Shown here piece after piece: positions 1-8,719 of a stretch of 64,000 bases of DNA. The translations under genes were made by a program, and so were the position numbers. The notes below the pieces were generated by a model. It did not search any database. It was not told where the DNA came from and saw nothing but the letters and a program-made list of their open reading frames with translations. The stretch comes from an uncultured Candidatus Micrarchaeota archaeon (lineage in GTDB: Archaea; Micrarchaeota; Micrarchaeia; Anstonellales; Bilamarchaeaceae): the NCBI GenBank assembly GCA_963800555.1, contig CAWDBH010000008.1, positions 48,258 to 112,257 on the forward strand, given 5' to 3'. How positions within the stretch are numbered: position 1 is the first letter of the stretch; each line of letters starts with the position of its first letter.

Positions 1-1087
1 TAAGTTTCCTCTCGCCATTCATTATGCGGTTCCCGGTGGTACCCTCAGCCTGGTACCCCACGAATATCATCGTGTTCCTGGGGTCTGACCCAAGCTTCTC
101 GAGATAGGACAGCACAGGACCTCCGCTCAGCATGCCGGATGTGGTTATTATTATGCATGGCTCCTTCAGCACGTCTTCTTTGGTCTTCGAGCGCGGATGA
201 TGAAAATTCGGACTGTTGAAAGGATCATCCTCGCTCATCAGTATGCGTCTCTTTATGTCGTCATTGGCATAAATGGCGTTGTGGCGGTATATCTTCATCG
301 CTTTGCCGATCATGCCGTCTATGAATATCTTCGTTGGATCCAGTGCGCCGGAACGCATGTGATCATCGAGCGCGAGGAGCACTTCCTGCGCCCGGCCCAC
401 CGCGAAGCTGGGTATGATCACATGGCCTCCTTTGTCCATGGTCTGTTTGATTATAGATATCATCTTGGAATAGCTCTCCTTGTAGCTCGGGGTTATGTCG
501 TTCCTGCCGCCGTATGTATTCTCCATTATAAGCGTCCCTGCGGAGAGCCCCCTCTCACACGGGTCGAGCACACGGGTTTTGCGCATGCAGATATCCCCGC
601 TGAAGAGGAGTTTGTGGCCGGAATGCTCGACCATGGTCATTGCGCTGCCCATTATATGTCCGGCTGTGTAGAACGCAGTCTTGAAGCCGCAATCCACGCT
701 TTCGCCGTACTGGATCATTTTCGCATCCTTCATGACGTCTTCGACATCCTTGGACGTGAACAGTTCTCTCTGCTCCTTGTCGCCTTGGCGTATCCTGTAA
801 TAATCCGACAGCAGGACTCCCATCAGATCCCTCGTGGGCTTGGTGAGGAAGACCCTAGGCCTCGCCTTCTTGGAATAGACATGAGGTAAGTATCCAGAGT
901 GGTCCAGATGGGCATGCGATATGGTGATATTCTGGACGCGCCGCAGCTCGTCATCGTGGAGCAGGGGATACTCCGTATCCTCGCCGAGCTTGATGCCGCA
1001 ATCGAGCATGAGGTTGTGCGCCCCTTCCTCGAGCAGCATGCACGCCCTTCCGACCTCCTGGGCCCCTCCGTAGAAGGTCACCCTCAT
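1..1087 (-). CDS. beta-CASP family metallo-beta-lactamase ribonuclease (aCPSF2/RNase J-like); 5' end complete, 3' end runs off the window
   Basis: Minus-strand translation from the ATG at 1087-1085 gives MRVTFYGGAQEVGRACMLLEEGAHNLMLDCGIKLGED...ISHAHLDH, the MBL HxHxDH motif. The start overlaps the upstream gene's stop (ATGA). The plus-strand ORFs 197..889 and 899..1408 in the track are its antisense. Confidence 0.7.
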   Translation of the reverse strand, partial: MRVTFYGGAQEVGRACMLLEEGAHNLMLDCGIKLGEDTEYPLLHDDELRRVQNITISHAHLDHSGYLPHVYSKKARPRVFLTKPTRDLMGVLLSDYYRIRQGDKEQRELFTSKDVEDVMKDAKMIQYGESVDCGFKTAFYTAGHIMGSAMTMVEHSGHKLLFSGDICMRKTRVLDPCERGLSAGTLIMENTYGGRNDITPSYKESYSKMISIIKQTMDKGGHVIIPSFAVGRAQEVLLALDDHMRSGALDPTKIFIDGMIGKAMKIYRHNAIYANDDIKRRILMSEDDPFNSPNFHHPRSKTKEDVLKEPCIIITTSGMLSGGPVLSYLEKLGSDPRNTMIFVGYQAEGTTGNRIMNGERKL

Positions 1088-1398
1088 ACCAATCCCAGCT
1101 TTATCTTGGCCTTCTGGCTCAGCCGGTCTATGGTCCAGAGGGGGTCGAATACGATGTTGATTTCGATATCCGCATCCTCGAAGACCTCGAGCTTCGCCTT
1201 CACGCCTTCGAGTATCTCATTGATCATCGGGCATGCTGGAGTAGTGAATGTCATCTTTATGAACACCTTCTGGAGCTTCCCCTTCTCCTTTTTCCTTACG
1301 TCGACGTCATATATAAGCCCAAGGTCGACGATGTTCATGCCCAGCTCAGGATCCGACACCTCGCTGAGCTTGGCCAATATCTTTTCCTTGCTCACCAT
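1084..1398 (-). CDS. DUF59 / MIP18-family FeS-assembly (SufT-like) protein
   Basis: 104 aa with the ...TTPACPM... motif typical of DUF59. Translationally coupled to the MBL gene by a 4-bp overlap. Confidence 0.7.
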   Translation of the reverse strand: MVSKEKILAKLSEVSDPELGMNIVDLGLIYDVDVRKKEKGKLQKVFIKMTFTTPACPMINEILEGVKAKLEVFEDADIEINIVFDPLWTIDRLSQKAKIKLGLV

Positions 1399-1419
1399 GA
1401 AAGGATAATCGGGGAAAGG

Positions 1420-1431
1420 TTATTTAATTTT
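1420..1431 (+). promoter_or_regulatory. TATA-like box (ttatttaatttt) about 25 nt upstream of the ACT-gene ATG; likely a leaderless transcript
   Basis: AT-rich octamer at the archaeal TATA distance from the ATG at 1451. Confidence 0.4.
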
Positions 1432-1450
1432 GGGCGCCATGCTTTTGAAT

Positions 1451-1843
1451 ATGAAAGAAATCGTGGTTGTTACGACTAATGACGTGGGCGCCCTGGCGAC
1501 TATAGCCGAGGCGATAGGCGGGCTCGGTGTCAATATCGAGGCGATATCTGCCTATGGCCTCAGTGGGAAAGCGGTGTTCAGAATCATTACCAATGATGTG
1601 ACTAGCGCGGTCAAGGCGATGTCCCGGATTCCCAACGTGGAAGTCCAGGAAGCCGAGACGATAGTATACCAGATGATGAACAGGCCAGGCGAACTCGGCA
1701 AGATAACTAGGAAGCTCGCGAACAGGGGAGTAAATATCGAGAGTCTCTATATCGTGAGCAAGAAGCAGGATTTCACAGAGGTGGCGATAAGACCGGTTGA
1801 GAAGGACATCGCCAAAGCCAAAGATGCGCTGGGCATGAAATGA
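1451..1843 (+). CDS. ACT-domain protein (two tandem ACT-like halves)
   Basis: MKEIVVVTTNDVGALATIAEAIGGLGVNIEAI... The track start at 1430 is probably too early given the TATA position. Confidence 0.6.
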   Translation: MKEIVVVTTNDVGALATIAEAIGGLGVNIEAISAYGLSGKAVFRIITNDVTSAVKAMSRIPNVEVQEAETIVYQMMNRPGELGKITRKLANRGVNIESLYIVSKKQDFTEVAIRPVEKDIAKAKDALGMK

Positions 1844-1856
1844 AATTAGAAAGATG

Positions 1857-2148
1857 AATATAAGAAAATAAAAATTTAGTTAGAGCTGATGGTCGCGAAA
1901 ACCGCGCTCCGCCCTCCTGAAGACAGAATCACAGTTAGCCCGTCTATTTTGCTAACGCCACCCGGCAGAAGCTGGTCTGTCGCAGGACCGTTGCCGCAGG
2001 CGAAGCTCAGATCATACATGCTGGCTCCTCCATCCGTGGCAACTATGCCCTTATACGTTATCGTCCAACTGCCGTATTGCAGCGGCTGATCAAGGTTCAT
2101 GTAGTCCTTGAATGTGGTGCTTGCCCCTTGGCATGCCGGTCCTTCGCT
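1857..2148. repeat. 292-bp near-perfect direct repeat, copy 1 (copy 2 at 4299..4590; 1 mismatch)
   Basis: Base-by-base comparison. The repeat covers the 3' end of two paralogous lipoprotein genes plus their downstream flank. Partial, more diverged copies lie at about 2846..3072 and 3189..3230. Confidence 0.8.
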
Positions 2149-2715
2149 TGCCGCATCTCCGACAACCGTTCCATCCACAGTTGTAGGTCCATCCTGGGAA
2201 ATTGGAACCGCACCATCGGTGATCGGTCCAGTTGAAGCAGGGCTAGTGTCTCCGACAACCGATCCATCAACAGGCCCGGTTACGGATCCATCAGCTGCTA
2301 CCGGCCCATCTGTGGTCGATACAGTTGCAGCATCAACGACGATTACAGGTCCAGTCGCAGTCATGCATACTGTCTTACCCGCAAGGGTTGTGCATTCTGC
2401 AGCATCCGTGGTAACGGATCCGTCTACGGACGGTTTAACAGTCGAAGAGTCAAGTGCACCACCATCTCCCTCAAATTCACTGACCTCTCCTTTTTCAGCA
2501 TCAGATTCCTCTCTGGCTTCGGAACCTCCATCCTTGGAAGGGACTTGTATAGTGGAAGTCGGACTACCAGCGCAGGCAACCGCGCCAAAGAGCGCACCTG
2601 TCAGAAGAGCGGCAGACAAGGTTTTTCGACCCGTAAAGGCATTCTGCCTTGCTTCCGTAACTGACCCATTAGTATCTTTCCCAACCTTAGTTATCTTTTC
2701 AAGGTTCAATTCCAT
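1876..2715 (-). CDS. secreted putative lipoprotein, paralog A, with a conserved about 80-aa C-terminal domain
   Basis: N-terminal hydrophobic segment with a lipobox-like AVACAG, then a Gly/Asp/Thr/Ser/Val-rich region, then a C-terminal domain KDYMNLDQPLQYGSWTITYKGIVATDGGASMYDLS...SSGGRSAVFATISSN shared with 2828..4192 and 4318..5178. Confidence 0.6.
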   Translation of the reverse strand: MELNLEKITKVGKDTNGSVTEARQNAFTGRKTLSAALLTGALFGAVACAGSPTSTIQVPSKDGGSEAREESDAEKGEVSEFEGDGGALDSSTVKPSVDGSVTTDAAECTTLAGKTVCMTATGPVIVVDAATVSTTDGPVAADGSVTGPVDGSVVGDTSPASTGPITDGAVPISQDGPTTVDGTVVGDAASEGPACQGASTTFKDYMNLDQPLQYGSWTITYKGIVATDGGASMYDLSFACGNGPATDQLLPGGVSKIDGLTVILSSGGRSAVFATISSN

Positions 2716-2827
2716 TGTGCAATCACCTTTGTTTGATTATGTGTTTAATATTATATTATGATGGCAAACATTTATAAATATTCATTTTTTACCATTTCTA
2801 ACTACCCATATATGAAAGAGAATAAAA

Positions 2828-4192
2828 TCAAGGGCAGGTCACATTGATGGTCGCGAAAACCGCGCTCCGGCCTCCTGAAGACAAGTCCAAGCTCATCAGT
2901 GCGTCTCCTAACGGGATGATGCTCACACCATCCGGGAGAATATGGTTTGTCGTCGCTCCGTTTTCGGATCCGACGCTTATATCATACGCACTTGCTCCTC
3001 CATCCGTGGCAACTATGCCCTTATACGTTATCGTCCAACTGCCGTATTGCAGCGGCTGATCAAGGTTCATGTAGTCCTTGTAAACTTCGGATGCGGTACA
3101 ACTTCCTCCTTCAGAAAGATCCGCGTCGATGGCCCCACCCGGAGATACGGCATCTGATCCTCCGTCTTGGCTTTGGATCTCATCTACCGTGATGGTCGCG
3201 AAAACCGCGCTCCGCCCTCCAGAGGACAAATCAATGGTTATGCCCTTTCCGACTGTATTCGGACCGCCGGTCAGAGTTGTGCTGGTTTTGGAGTTTCCGC
3301 ACGATACTTCTACTACATACATTGAAGCCCCTGCATCCGTGACTATCAAGCCCTTATACGTGAATGTCAAACCACCGACAGGCACCTGCTGATCGAGGTT
3401 CATTTCCCCTTTGAACACCCCTGCGCTTTGGCCATTGCAGATAATCGGTTGCGGGCTTGCATCCTCAGCCACTACTATATGTGAGTCGTGAGATGCTGCG
3501 GAATCAGTATGTCCAACCTCGCCGGAAGACTCCACTCCATCAGTGGCTTCCTTGCCATCGATTGTGAAATTCCCGCTTTTGGTATCACCACTTGCATCGT
3601 CTTTTGATTGGCTGTCGATTCCCGAAGCAGAATCCACTGAAGTAGTTCCGCCATCTTGATTCTGTCCGGTTGCGCTATCTGTTCCAGATTCAGAATTATT
3701 GGCCGGGGCATCTGCGACATTATTGGTTTGCCTGGCATTTCCATCCGTCGTGCTCGCGCCATCCACGCCACCGGTAGGTTGTCCTGCATCATCTTCTATT
3801 GCGCTGCCATCTGTTACTCCAACCGGAGTTCCAGAGTCATCTGTGACTCCCCCATCCGCTGTAGAGTTCCCGTCAATTGCCTGGTTAGAAGCTCCAGTGC
3901 CGCCATCGAATCCCGCGCCGCCATCGACTCCGGAACCGCTTTGGTTCGGCCCTGTTTCGATAGTTCCGGCTTCGTTGGATCCGCCAGATGTGCGGTTGGC
4001 GTCGGTGAGCGCAGCATCGCTCTGCGGTGCTCCTGGTATCGAAATAGGGTTATTGATATTTACCCCGTTGCTGCATCCAACCAACGCGGCTATGCCACTT
4101 ACAAGAAGATATCTGCCCAATCTCGGCTTATTTTCACAATTAGATCCGTTTCCTGTCTCCCCAGTCCTTTTACTAATGTGATTCAGTTCCAT
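2828..4192 (-). CDS. secreted putative lipoprotein, paralog B: long low-complexity region plus two copies of the conserved C-terminal domain
   Basis: Start set at MELNHISK, homologous to the starts of paralogs A and C (the track start at 4246 adds 18 residues). Lipobox-like LVGCS. About 250 aa of D/G/S/T-rich low complexity. Two ...YKG(I/L)(V/I)(A/V)TD(G/A)GAS...SSGGRSAVFATI units. Confidence 0.6.
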   Translation of the reverse strand: MELNHISKRTGETGNGSNCENKPRLGRYLLVSGIAALVGCSNGVNINNPISIPGAPQSDAALTDANRTSGGSNEAGTIETGPNQSGSGVDGGAGFDGGTGASNQAIDGNSTADGGVTDDSGTPVGVTDGSAIEDDAGQPTGGVDGASTTDGNARQTNNVADAPANNSESGTDSATGQNQDGGTTSVDSASGIDSQSKDDASGDTKSGNFTIDGKEATDGVESSGEVGHTDSAASHDSHIVVAEDASPQPIICNGQSAGVFKGEMNLDQQVPVGGLTFTYKGLIVTDAGASMYVVEVSCGNSKTSTTLTGGPNTVGKGITIDLSSGGRSAVFATITVDEIQSQDGGSDAVSPGGAIDADLSEGGSCTASEVYKDYMNLDQPLQYGSWTITYKGIVATDGGASAYDISVGSENGATTNHILPDGVSIIPLGDALMSLDLSSGGRSAVFATINVTCP

Positions 4193-4298
4193 TGTTATCC
4201 CACCCTTGTTAATATTATTGTATAATTGTGTTATAGAAGAAAACATTTTTAAACATTGGTATAAACATAAAGAAATCGCTCGACGATATATAATCGAT

Positions 4299-4590
4299 AA
4301 TATAAGAAAATAAAAATTTAGTTAGAGCTGATGGTCGCGAAAACCGCGCTCCGCCCTCCTGAAGACAGAATCACAGTTAGCCCGTCTATTTTGCTAACGC
4401 CACCCGGCAGAAGCTGGTCTGTCGCAGGACCGTTGCCGCAGGCGAAGCTCAGATCATACATGCTGGCTCCTCCATCCGTGGCAACTATGCCCTTATACGT
4501 TATCGTCCAACTGCCGTATTGCAGCGGCTGATCAAGGTTCATGTAGTCCTTGAATGTGGTGCTTGCCCCTTGGCATGCCGATCCTTCGCT
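4299..4590. repeat. 292-bp direct repeat, copy 2 (see 1857..2148)
   Basis: Identical to copy 1 except for one base. Confidence 0.8.
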
Positions 4591-5178
4591 ATCGACAGCG
4601 TAAGCATCTATTGTTCCCCCTGCCTCTCCGATCTGTCCATCATTTGCCTTTGAGGATATATCCACCGCTGATGTATCGAGAGAGATTATCTGATCCGGGG
4701 CGACATCAACGCCTAGATTTTCAGCATCAACCGTCTTGACTGAAGCAAGATCGGGGGAGTTGGCTAAAGTGGTATCGGAGACGCTGCCAGGAACATCCGT
4801 TGCAGACCCATCTTGCGGATTGATACTTCCAACACCATTTGGTCTATCTTCCATTGCATCAATTCCGGCCACATTGACTTCTGTGCCGGAGCCGCCGTCG
4901 CTTTCTATTGCAGAACCGCTATCAGAGACTGCGTCGCCGTCGCTCGCGTTTCCATCGCTGCCTTTCGTTTCTTGACCAGAATCTTTCGTGGTCTTACCGC
5001 TATCTACTGCGGCATCCACAATCGGAATCGGGATGTTATCCTGAACCGCCTGATTAGAGCAGCCAAATGCCAGTGCGACGGCTGGTATTCCAAGCCATTT
5101 TGCCCATGGTTTTGCATGAGTCTTCTCATTCTCATGCGTTTTCGGACCTTTCTCAATCCGTTTCTCAGAAATTTCCAT
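4318..5178 (-). CDS. secreted putative lipoprotein, paralog C; C-terminal 90 aa identical to paralog A
   Basis: Start set at MEISEKR; lipobox-like AFGCS. The upstream 5' UTR/promoter (...caagggtgggRtaaca-ATGGAA) is shared with paralog B. Confidence 0.6.
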   Translation of the reverse strand: MEISEKRIEKGPKTHENEKTHAKPWAKWLGIPAVALAFGCSNQAVQDNIPIPIVDAAVDSGKTTKDSGQETKGSDGNASDGDAVSDSGSAIESDGGSGTEVNVAGIDAMEDRPNGVGSINPQDGSATDVPGSVSDTTLANSPDLASVKTVDAENLGVDVAPDQIISLDTSAVDISSKANDGQIGEAGGTIDAYAVDSEGSACQGASTTFKDYMNLDQPLQYGSWTITYKGIVATDGGASMYDLSFACGNGPATDQLLPGGVSKIDGLTVILSSGGRSAVFATISSN

Positions 5179-5258
5179 CAATACCCCACCCTTGTTAATA
5201 TTGCTATATAATTGTGTTCTAGAAGAAAACATTCTTAAACATTAGTATTAACAGCTAG

Positions 5259-5912
5259 CTAGAGGATGCGATACCCTTTCTCGTTTCCTACAATGATCAG
5301 ATCGAATTTGGTGAAAATGCCGTTCTCTATGATGCCAGGGATGTTTTTGAGCCAGTCCTCGGTTTTCTTCGGATCCTCGAGCCTCATCTGGCAGTCTATT
5401 ATGAAACTGCCGTTGTCGCTTATCACTGGGCCGAGCTTGGCCTTCGCCATCCTAATCTTAGGGTTGAATCTCTTCAACTGTTTAATCACCAGCGGAGCGG
5501 CAAAAGGCAGGACCTCCAGGTTCACCTCGCCTTCCAAGACATCCCCGCAAACCTTTCCCTCATCCACTATGACGATGAATTTTTTCGCGTTATAATCTAT
5601 TATCTTCTCCCTAGTCAGGGCACCACCACCGCCTTTCAGGAGCGCGGTCTTAGTCACAGTATCAGCCCCGTCTACGGCAAGGTCTATCTCATCTATGGCA
5701 TCGGTCTCTGTGACGAACAATCCGCTTTCGATAGCCAGCATCCTAGAATCGAATGACGTGGTGACGCATGTGATCTTGAGCCCCTTTTTGGCTTTCTTAC
5801 CAAGCAGGACGATGAACTCACGTACAGTGGAACCGCTCCCCAGGCCTATGCACATGCCGTCTTTGACATACTCTAGTGCCGCCTTGGCGGCGTTTATCTT
5901 GGAGAGGCTCAT
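5259..5912 (-). CDS. rpiA: ribose-5-phosphate isomerase A
   Basis: GLGSGST and DGADE motifs; 217 aa. Confidence 0.9.
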   Translation of the reverse strand: MSLSKINAAKAALEYVKDGMCIGLGSGSTVREFIVLLGKKAKKGLKITCVTTSFDSRMLAIESGLFVTETDAIDEIDLAVDGADTVTKTALLKGGGGALTREKIIDYNAKKFIVIVDEGKVCGDVLEGEVNLEVLPFAAPLVIKQLKRFNPKIRMAKAKLGPVISDNGSFIIDCQMRLEDPKKTEDWLKNIPGIIENGIFTKFDLIIVGNEKGYRIL

Positions 5913-5915
5913 GGA

Positions 5916-6146
5916 TTATGCCTTTGAGAATGTGATGCCCTTGCCCCCTTCCTGCCTGAGCACTTCGAGGACGTTCCCTTTTGTATCAGCTATGGAGAGT
6001 TCGGTGAAATCCTCTCCGATGCGCATGGTTATTATGCGGGGGCGGTTGTCGAGAGTGACTTTCACGCTGTAGATCTTCTGCCTCTGGTTGTATGCATATT
6101 GCATAGTCGCGTTCTTGAAAAGGTCAGGTATCATGTCTTCACCCAA
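5916..6146 (-). CDS. small hypothetical protein
   Basis: 76-aa ORF directly upstream of rpiA on the same strand. Confidence 0.4.
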   Translation of the reverse strand: MGEDMIPDLFKNATMQYAYNQRQKIYSVKVTLDNRPRIITMRIGEDFTELSIADTKGNVLEVLRQEGGKGITFSKA

Positions 6147-6423
6147 AGCACTGCTTCATCTCGCTGCCGTTTAGGGCGCCTGTCGTGCCCTCTGTCTTAG
6201 CCTTATTATAGCACGCAGTGAAGAATTCTGTACAAAACCCCTGCAGCATCTTGCTTCGGGTATCCTCACCCACCTTCGGTGATTCTGCCCTGGATATCCT
6301 CACTTCCCGGAGTCTCGCCATCATATCAGCGACGCCCGGTGCAGTTTCCCTTGCCTGGGGTTGCTGGCGTAACGCCTCCTCCGGTTTCTTCATCATATTG
6401 TCCTCAGCCATAATCATCAGCAT
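6139..6423 (-). CDS. small hypothetical protein
   Basis: 94-aa ORF; the start may be one of the internal Met codons. Confidence 0.35.
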   Translation of the reverse strand: MLMIMAEDNMMKKPEEALRQQPQARETAPGVADMMARLREVRISRAESPKVGEDTRSKMLQGFCTEFFTACYNKAKTEGTTGALNGSEMKQCFG

Positions 6424-6454
6424 TAAATTATGCTTTCCTGAATTTATAAAGATT

Positions 6455-7162
6455 ATGACCGATGCGCTTTATCTGAAAGATAGCTATCTGAGGGAATGCG
6501 AAGCGAAAGTGGAATCTATTACAGGGAAAGAGATCGTCTTGGATCGGACCACATTCTATCCGAGGGGTGGGGGCCAGCCGGGCGATATGGGGAAATTGAT
6601 CTCTGCATCCGAGTTTCGAGTCCTGAACACGCTGAAGAAAGACGGCAATATCATCCACGAGCTTGAGTCCGAGGCCGGACTAGCAGTTGGAGATTCCGTG
6701 CGATGCGTGCTCGATTGGGATAGACGATACAAGCTCATGCGGATGCACACGGCTGCGCATGTGCTAGGCTCGATGATGTTCAACGAGCTGGGCGCCAAGA
6801 TCACCGGCAACCAGCTAGAAGTGGATAAAACAAGGTTCGATTTCAACCTAGAAGAGTTCGACCGCGTGAAGTTCGATGCCGCTGTTGCGAAGGCCAATGA
6901 GGCTTTATCCAAATCCGTGGAATTGAGTATCTATTCCCTTCCACGTGAGGAAGCGATGAAAATCCCCGGAGTCGTGAAGCTGGCCGGTGCGCTTCCCCCT
7001 TCGATCAGCGAGCTCCGCATAGTGGAGATACCTGGCGTGGACATACAAGCGGACGGAGGGACCCACGTTCATAACCTATCCGAGGTCGGAAGGATCGAAA
7101 TCATGAAACTTGAGAACAAAGGCAAAGAAAACCGAAGGATTTATTTTACTTTAATGCCATAA
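6455..7162 (+). CDS. alaX: alanyl-tRNA editing protein AlaX (AlaX-M type)
   Basis: MTDALYLKDSYLRECEAKV...HTAAHVL... zinc-binding editing motifs. The TATA-like tttataaa lies 5-12 nt upstream, so the track start at 6218 is too early. Confidence 0.8.
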   Translation: MTDALYLKDSYLRECEAKVESITGKEIVLDRTTFYPRGGGQPGDMGKLISASEFRVLNTLKKDGNIIHELESEAGLAVGDSVRCVLDWDRRYKLMRMHTAAHVLGSMMFNELGAKITGNQLEVDKTRFDFNLEEFDRVKFDAAVAKANEALSKSVELSIYSLPREEAMKIPGVVKLAGALPPSISELRIVEIPGVDIQADGGTHVHNLSEVGRIEIMKLENKGKENRRIYFTLMP

Positions 7163-7178
7163 ACATATTGGGGATGCC

Positions 7179-7670
7179 ATGAACAACAACACAATCGTAT
7201 GCGCTCTTTTCGTTATCCTGACGGTAATCATAGCGGCAGGTTCGTTCTATTTTGTTTTATCATATGCGACGAGCTTACTGAACGCTATCGTCGCTTTCGT
7301 TTCTTCGAACGACATGTCAGCGCTGGCGAAATGCGGCATGACAATTCCTACTGAGTTCGTCAGGCTCAGAACAGACCTTGCCACCCTTATACTCCCGTTC
7401 CTATATATCGGCATACCCGCGATACTCATCGTGGTGGGCATCCTGATGTTCGCCGGGGGATTTTATTACCACAAATCCAAATCAGAGGATGAGCAAGCGA
7501 AGAAGGATCAGATGGAGCGCGAGATGGTCCACCGGCTCGTGAAGAAGCTCGATGCGGGGAAACCGCAGGATGCTGTGGAGATGCAAGGCTCCGATACACC
7601 CCCCATGGAAGAAGTGACTCCAGTGGAGGAGCCGATGCCCAAACCTGCGCCTCAGAAGAAGAGGAAATAG
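7179..7670 (+). CDS. hypothetical membrane protein
   Basis: Several predicted TM segments and a charged C-terminal tail. Confidence 0.5.
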   Translation: MNNNTIVCALFVILTVIIAAGSFYFVLSYATSLLNAIVAFVSSNDMSALAKCGMTIPTEFVRLRTDLATLILPFLYIGIPAILIVVGILMFAGGFYYHKSKSEDEQAKKDQMEREMVHRLVKKLDAGKPQDAVEMQGSDTPPMEEVTPVEEPMPKPAPQKKRK

Positions 7671-7731
7671 GTATTCGCTGCGGAAATGAACCTCCGCAAT
7701 CTTATTATTTTTCCGTATAGTTGATTTAATC

Positions 7732-8583
7732 ATGGAAAAAAAGGCGATTGTGAAGGAATATCTAAATCTTATTCCCACAAAAGAAATCTCCTCAGAATAT
7801 GATTTACCTGTAAGCGAAGTAAAAGCCATCTTGAAAAGTTCCATGCCGTTTTCGAAATATATTCATACGTCACGCCTTATTGGAGCCAAGATGGTCAAAC
7901 GACTGCTGCAGAACCCAATCTATAGAGAAAAATATATCCGTAAAATGAAACGCTCAGTTAGTGATTCTATACTAAGACGAATGAGCGAAACCCGTTTTAG
8001 AGAAACCTGGAAAAAGAAAGCCAAATCTGGTTCGTTGAGGGGGAATGCTCGGATTTCAGAGCTTATGTCAGATTCTTCATTCTCTTCGTCGTGGTCTGCA
8101 AAGTGTTCGCTTGGTGGCCATGCAACTGCCGAGCACCAGAGAGGGATTTTCGATCCAACCCTGCATGAGGCAAGAAAATTATGGTCTCAAAAAGGCTTAA
8201 GACGGACTTCACGAAAGTATACCGGTCCCAAAAGAGAAAATATGTATAATTACCTTGAAACCAGAGTCGCGAAAATATTGATAGATGCTGGATTGAGCTA
8301 CTTATATGAAAAGCATTTTGATTCAGATACGAAAAATGGCTTCTTCAGCATCGATTTTATTGTAGAATCGTTAGACCTTGCAATAGAAGCAACCTACTGG
8401 GATAAAGTTGCAGATAAATGCTCGATTTTAAAGTCAAAATTCAAGCAATTGAAACGCCTCAACCCATCGTTTAGATTTGTGGTTGTTGCAAAAACTTCCC
8501 TCGCTGATAAGTATAAAAAGTCGTTGCCCTCTAATATCGTTGTTCTAACTCCCACAGAATTAGAACAAATGATAATGGGATGA
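7732..8583 (+). CDS. hypothetical protein with a DUF559/Vsr-like endonuclease-fold C-terminus; low-GC gene
   Basis: AT-rich relative to its neighbours. The C-terminal ...ETRVAKILIDAGLSYLYEKHF...FSIDFIV...LAIEATYWDK resembles DUF559. Confidence 0.45.
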   Translation: MEKKAIVKEYLNLIPTKEISSEYDLPVSEVKAILKSSMPFSKYIHTSRLIGAKMVKRLLQNPIYREKYIRKMKRSVSDSILRRMSETRFRETWKKKAKSGSLRGNARISELMSDSSFSSSWSAKCSLGGHATAEHQRGIFDPTLHEARKLWSQKGLRRTSRKYTGPKRENMYNYLETRVAKILIDAGLSYLYEKHFDSDTKNGFFSIDFIVESLDLAIEATYWDKVADKCSILKSKFKQLKRLNPSFRFVVVAKTSLADKYKKSLPSNIVVLTPTELEQMIMG

Positions 8584-8595
8584 ATCTCCAGGCAT

Positions 8596-8701
8596 AGCGG
8601 GGTAACAGAATCTAATGATTTAGATTCTGCCCTATGGGAAGCTTGGAGTTCCCGCTGGGCTCATAACCCAGAGATCGGTGGTTCAAATCCACTCCCCGCT
8701 A
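8596..8701 (+). tRNA. initiator-type tRNA-Met (CAU) interrupted by an about 31-nt insertion between positions 9 and 10 (non-canonical intron candidate, about 8605..8635)
   Basis: A1:U72 acceptor pair (AGCGGGG/CCCCGCT), three G:C pairs in the anticodon stem (CTGGG-CTCATAA-CCCAG), and T-arm GGTGG-TTCAAAT-CCACT. Removing acagaatctaatgatttagattctgccctat restores a canonical D arm (GGGA-AGCTTGGAGT-TCCC). The insert holds a perfect 10-bp hairpin, CAGAATCTAA-tgat-TTAGATTCTG. A T7 run follows. Confidence 0.6.
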
Positions 8702-8708
8702 TTTTTTT
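8702..8708 (+). terminator. oligo-T tract after the tRNA
   Basis: ttttttt immediately after the discriminator base. Confidence 0.4.
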
Positions 8709-8719
8709 CTTACTCTTTC

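Noticed and set aside
197-1408. Plus-strand ORFs 197..889 and 899..1408 from the track
   Set aside because: They are antisense to the clearly recognisable minus-strand beta-CASP MBL and DUF59 genes, and their translations are low-complexity or junk-like.
1889-4531. Identical plus-strand ORFs 1889..2089 and 4331..4531 (MVAKTALRPPEDR...), plus 2844..3059 and 3129..3392
   Set aside because: They are the antisense strand of the conserved C-terminal domain of the lipoprotein paralogs; their identity just mirrors the 292-bp DNA repeat.
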